Positions 7,301 through 9,571 of a DNA stretch of 9,571 bases are shown here, in pieces. The position numbers were made by a program, and so were the translations under genes. The notes under the pieces are model-generated. The model ran no database searches. It was not told where the DNA came from and saw nothing but the letters and a program-made list of their open reading frames with translations. The first letter of the stretch is position 1. Each line of letters starts with the position of its first letter. Source of the DNA: an uncultured Eubacteriales bacterium (GTDB lineage Bacteria > Bacillota > Clostridia > TANB77 > RGIG9151); contig CAYZJZ010000015.1 of NCBI GenBank assembly GCA_964478905.1, positions 1 to 9,571 of the forward strand. The letters are read 5' to 3'.

Positions 7301-8726
7301 ACTCTTCACATTTATGTGCAACTCTTAAAATTGTCTTCTCATCAAACGCCTTACCTATAATCTGAATACCTATTGGAAGTCCCTTGCTATCCTTTGCAAT
7401 AGGTACAGAAATTGCAGGAACACCGGCAATATTCACAGGTACAGTACAAATATCCGCCAAATACATTTGTAGTGGGTCATTAACTTTTTCGCCAATTTTA
7501 AAAGCAGTAGTAGGCGCTGTTGGTCCAATAATAACATCATACTTCATAAAAGCTTTATTAAATTCGTCAACAATTAAAGTTCTAGCCTTTAGCGCCTTTT
7601 TATAATAGGCATCATAATAACCTGAACTTAGTACATAAGTACCAAGCATAATCCTTCTCTTAACTTCAGGACCAAATCCCTCACTTCTGCTATTCTCATA
7701 CATATCGTTTACTGTATTTGAATTTTTACTTCTATATCCGTATTTAACACCATCAAACCTAGACAAATTAGAACTAGCCTCAGCAGAAGATAAAATATAA
7801 TAAATAGATAACGCATAATCAACAATAGGCATAGAAAATTCTTCAACAATAGCTCCTCTATTTTTTAGCTCATCAACCTTGCTTAAAATTGCATTTTTAA
7901 CCTCATTATTAATACCATCACCAAAAAACTCCTTAGGAAGTCCAATTTTTAGTCCGGCTATATCATCATTCAAACCTGCGGTATAATCCGTAATTCCGGT
8001 ATCAACCGAAGTAGCATCATTTTTATCTTTTCCGCAAATAGCATTTAACATCAAAGCACAGTCTGTAACGTCCTTACCAAAAGGTCCAATTTGGTCAAGA
8101 GAAGATGCAAACGCAACAAGCCCAAATCTTGAAACAGTACCATAAGTAGGTTTTAATCCAACTACACCACAAAAAGATGCAGGCTCACGAATAGATCCAC
8201 CGGTATCTGAACCCAGAGAAACAATGGCCTCATTAGCAGCGACACTTGCAGCCGATCCACCGCTCGATCCACCAGGAACACATTCAGCATTATGAGGATT
8301 AGTAGTCTTATAAAACGCTGAATTTTCAGTAGAACCACCCATCGCAAACTCATCTAAATTAGTCTTGCCAATTAAAATACACTTATTTTCATTTAATTTT
8401 TCAATAACAGTAGCATTATACGGTGGAACAAAATCTTCAAGCATACGCGACGCACAAGTAGTTTTAATCCCCTTCGTACAAATATTATCTTTAATCGAAA
8501 CAGGAATACCTGCAAGTAGAGGTAAATCCATTCCGCTATCAAATTCCGCTTGAATCTCCTTTGCTCTATTTAGTGCATTCTCTTTGTCCAAAGAAATGTA
8601 CGCTTTAACAGTCGGCTCTACTTCCTCAATTCTTCTAAATACCGACTCAACAACCTCCGGCACAGTGGTCTCCTTATTTCTATACATCTCTGCAAGCTTA
8701 TGTGCAGTATATTCATACAGTTCCAT
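7299..8726 (-). CDS. gatA: Glutamyl-tRNA(Gln)/aspartyl-tRNA(Asn) amidotransferase subunit A, 475 aa
   Basis: Amidase-signature GGSSGGSAA encoded at 8247-8273. Full-length similarity to GatA is recognised by eye ([21 protein letters not shown]). It sits between gatC and gatB. TAG stop at 7299-7301. Confidence 0.97.
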   Translation of the reverse strand: MELYEYTAHKLAEMYRNKETTVPEVVESVFRRIEEVEPTVKAYISLDKENALNRAKEIQAEFDSGMDLPLLAGIPVSIKDNICTKGIKTTCASRMLEDFVPPYNATVIEKLNENKCILIGKTNLDEFAMGGSTENSAFYKTTNPHNAECVPGGSSGGSAASVAANEAIVSLGSDTGGSIREPASFCGVVGLKPTYGTVSRFGLVAFASSLDQIGPFGKDVTDCALMLNAICGKDKNDATSVDTGITDYTAGLNDDIAGLKIGLPKEFFGDGINNEVKNAILSKVDELKNRGAIVEEFSMPIVDYALSIYYILSSAEASSNLSRFDGVKYGYRSKNSNTVNDMYENSRSEGFGPEVKRRIMLGTYVLSSGYYDAYYKKALKARTLIVDEFNKAFMKYDVIIGPTAPTTAFKIGEKVNDPLQMYLADICTVPVNIAGVPAISVPIAKDSKGLPIGIQIIGKAFDEKTILRVAHKCEE

Positions 8727-8732
8727 ACAATT

Positions 8733-8740
8733 CTCCCTTT
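8733..8740 (-). promoter_or_regulatory. Probable Shine-Dalgarno (AAAGGGAG) for gatA
   Basis: Minus-strand AAAGGGAGAATTGT precedes ATG 8726, with a 6-nt spacer. Confidence 0.65.
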
Positions 8741-8788
8741 CTTATCTTTTCTAAGTATCAATAAATCTATAATGTCGAAAGCAAAATA

Positions 8789-9070
8789 CTACTGAACACT
8801 AGGGACAATAATACATCCCGCCTCTTTAACAGGAGCATTTTTGATAATTTCATTTCTATCGTAAGAAGGAATAACCTCATCTTCCCTCATAACGTTTTGA
8901 ACCTTTAAAATGTGATTAGTAGGTTCAACATTTTCAGTATCAAGTTCACTTATCTTATTCGCAAACTCAACAATTCCGTCCATTTGACGAGTTAAAGTTT
9001 CTTTTTCTTCATCAGACAATTTCAACTTTGCAAGACTTGCAACATACTCAATATCCTTATTTGTTATCAT
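8789..9070 (-). CDS. gatC: Aspartyl/glutamyl-tRNA amidotransferase subunit C, 93 aa
   Basis: Size, position directly upstream of gatA, and the typical GatC N-terminus (I..DIEYVA.LAKL.LSDEE...) support the call. TAG stop at 8789-8791. Confidence 0.93.
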   Translation of the reverse strand: MITNKDIEYVASLAKLKLSDEEKETLTRQMDGIVEFANKISELDTENVEPTNHILKVQNVMREDEVIPSYDRNEIIKNAPVKEAGCIIVPSVQ

Positions 9071-9078
9071 TTTTATTA

Positions 9079-9089
9079 TCCTTCCCCTC
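9079..9089 (-). promoter_or_regulatory. Probable Shine-Dalgarno region (GAGGGGAAGGA) for gatC
   Basis: Purine-rich GAGGGGAAGGA is followed by an 8-nt spacer (TAATAAAA) before ATG 9070. Confidence 0.6.
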
Positions 9090-9093
9090 TATT

Positions 9094-9429
9094 TTAATAC
9101 CAATACGCCATCTTCATAAAAGAATTCATAAGTTTCGCCTGTTCAACAAGTTCTTCTTCATTCGACGCATCATTTTTTTTCCCAATAATCCCTCTTGATT
9201 CTAACATCCATAAAAGAGCTTTAACTCTCGGATATTCTTCTATATGAGTAGTTAAATAAAATATTAAATTTTCTAGTTTTTGGTAATTTACGGTATTTTT
9301 TTCTCTTTCGTAAGCAAATAACGGCAAATTAACTATAAGTTCAAAGGGTTCCGAAATCTTTAATCGATAGCAATCCTCCGAAAACATCTTTTTATAATTT
9401 TCATAACTTTCACAAAAAACTCTATACAT
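9094..9429 (-). CDS. Hypothetical 111-aa protein, soluble, no motif recognised
   Basis: ORF has a strong AAGGAGAG SD 5 nt upstream of the ATG and protein-like composition. It ends 23 nt before gatC (TAA at 9094-9096). Its start overlaps the stop of the upstream partial ORF. Confidence 0.72.
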   Translation of the reverse strand: MYRVFCESYENYKKMFSEDCYRLKISEPFELIVNLPLFAYEREKNTVNYQKLENLIFYLTTHIEEYPRVKALLWMLESRGIIGKKNDASNEEELVEQAKLMNSFMKMAYWY

Positions 9430-9571
9430 TATATCTCTCCTTAAAAATTTTCAGCTTATTTTTAAAAGCCTTTTTTTTACTTTCAAAGAAATCTTCTCTT
9501 TCTAACACTTCTTCAATAATCTTATTAAGTAACTTTACATCGCACTTCTCCATAATTTCGTCTAAATCTTC
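9422..9571 (-). CDS. Hypothetical protein, C-terminal 49 codons only (5' end beyond the window)
   Basis: Not in the supplied track. My translation of the minus strand from 9571 gives EDLDEIMEKCDVKLLNKIIEEVLEREDFFESKKKAFKNKLKIFKERYNV followed by TAG at 9422-9424. The other two minus-strand frames hit stops within 15 codons of the window edge. The stop overlaps the next ORF's ATG (ATGTATAG). Confidence 0.5.
   Translation of the reverse strand, partial: EDLDEIMEKCDVKLLNKIIEEVLEREDFFESKKKAFKNKLKIFKERYNV
9435..9442 (-). promoter_or_regulatory. Shine-Dalgarno (AAGGAGAG) for the 111-aa ORF, embedded in the 3' end of the upstream partial ORF
   Basis: Minus-strand AAGGAGAGATATAATG, with a 5-nt spacer to ATG 9429. 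Confidence 0.7.

Noticed and set aside
7289-7321. 11-codon N-terminal extension of gatB ([11 protein letters not shown]) given by the ORF track
   Set aside because: It has no RBS and overlaps gatA. The canonical GatB N-terminus, with a well-spaced AGGAG, begins at 7288.
7384-8553. Plus-strand ORFs 7384-7605 and 8365-8553, and the minus-strand alternate-frame ORF 8162-8353, all inside gatA
   Set aside because: All are nested in the gatA coding frame, which carries the amidase signature. Their products have no recognisable features.
8727-8788. The 62-nt gatC-gatA spacer, the largest non-coding stretch, examined for a promoter, attenuator hairpin or small RNA
   Set aside because: Only 4-5 bp complementary segments are present (CTTA/TAAG, CTTTC/GAAAG), with long loops. 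There is no -35/-10 pair at proper spacing. Nothing is supportable beyond the gatA SD.
9075-9103. Promoter-like TTGGTA-17 nt-GATAAT on the minus strand just upstream of gatC
   Set aside because: The -10 hexamer ends 4 nt before the gatC ATG. A transcript from it would lack the SD (which lies in the spacer) and probably the start codon. It is most likely a chance match in AT-rich sequence.
9173-9180. A8 homopolymer in the coding strand of the 111-aa ORF, with a second A8 at 9471-9478 in the partial ORF, considered as slipped-strand phase-variation tracts
   Set aside because: Runs of 7-8 A/T recur across this window (e.g. 1974-1980, 5376-5382) and simply encode Lys-Lys. They are too short and too common here to argue for phase variation.
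3-9571. Alternative genetic code (TGA reassigned), suggested by the absence of TGA stops
   Set aside because: All seven complete genes are full length with expected termini under the standard bacterial code. Nothing positive in this window supports recoding.

Overview
AT-rich, Firmicutes-like chromosomal segment. It is fully coding on the minus strand and packed into one co-directional array with no terminators, RNA genes, repeats, CRISPRs or mobile-element hallmarks that I can see. Transcription order (right to left): a truncated unknown ORF, a 111-aa unknown ORF, gatC, gatA, gatB (the Asp/Glu-tRNA amidotransferase), miaB (radical-SAM tRNA methylthiotransferase), a 599-aa unknown ORF, then mutS. 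Five of the complete genes are textbook housekeeping genes, called from motifs I recognise by eye. The non-ordinary element is the 599-aa ORF (2619-4418), which sits tightly between miaB and mutS. It has a gluzincin-style HEIEH...ETYAD signature, no signal peptide or TM segment, a long unrecognisable K/E-rich C-terminal region, and lower G+C than its neighbours in hand-counted samples. Secondary curiosities are the two translationally coupled small unknown ORFs ahead of gatC, a TAG-dominated stop-codon set (6 TAG, 2 TAA, 0 TGA), and an over-extended gatB start in the ORF track. All plus-strand ORFs in the track look like antisense shadows. No database or structure search was possible, so family calls rest on remembered motifs and synteny.
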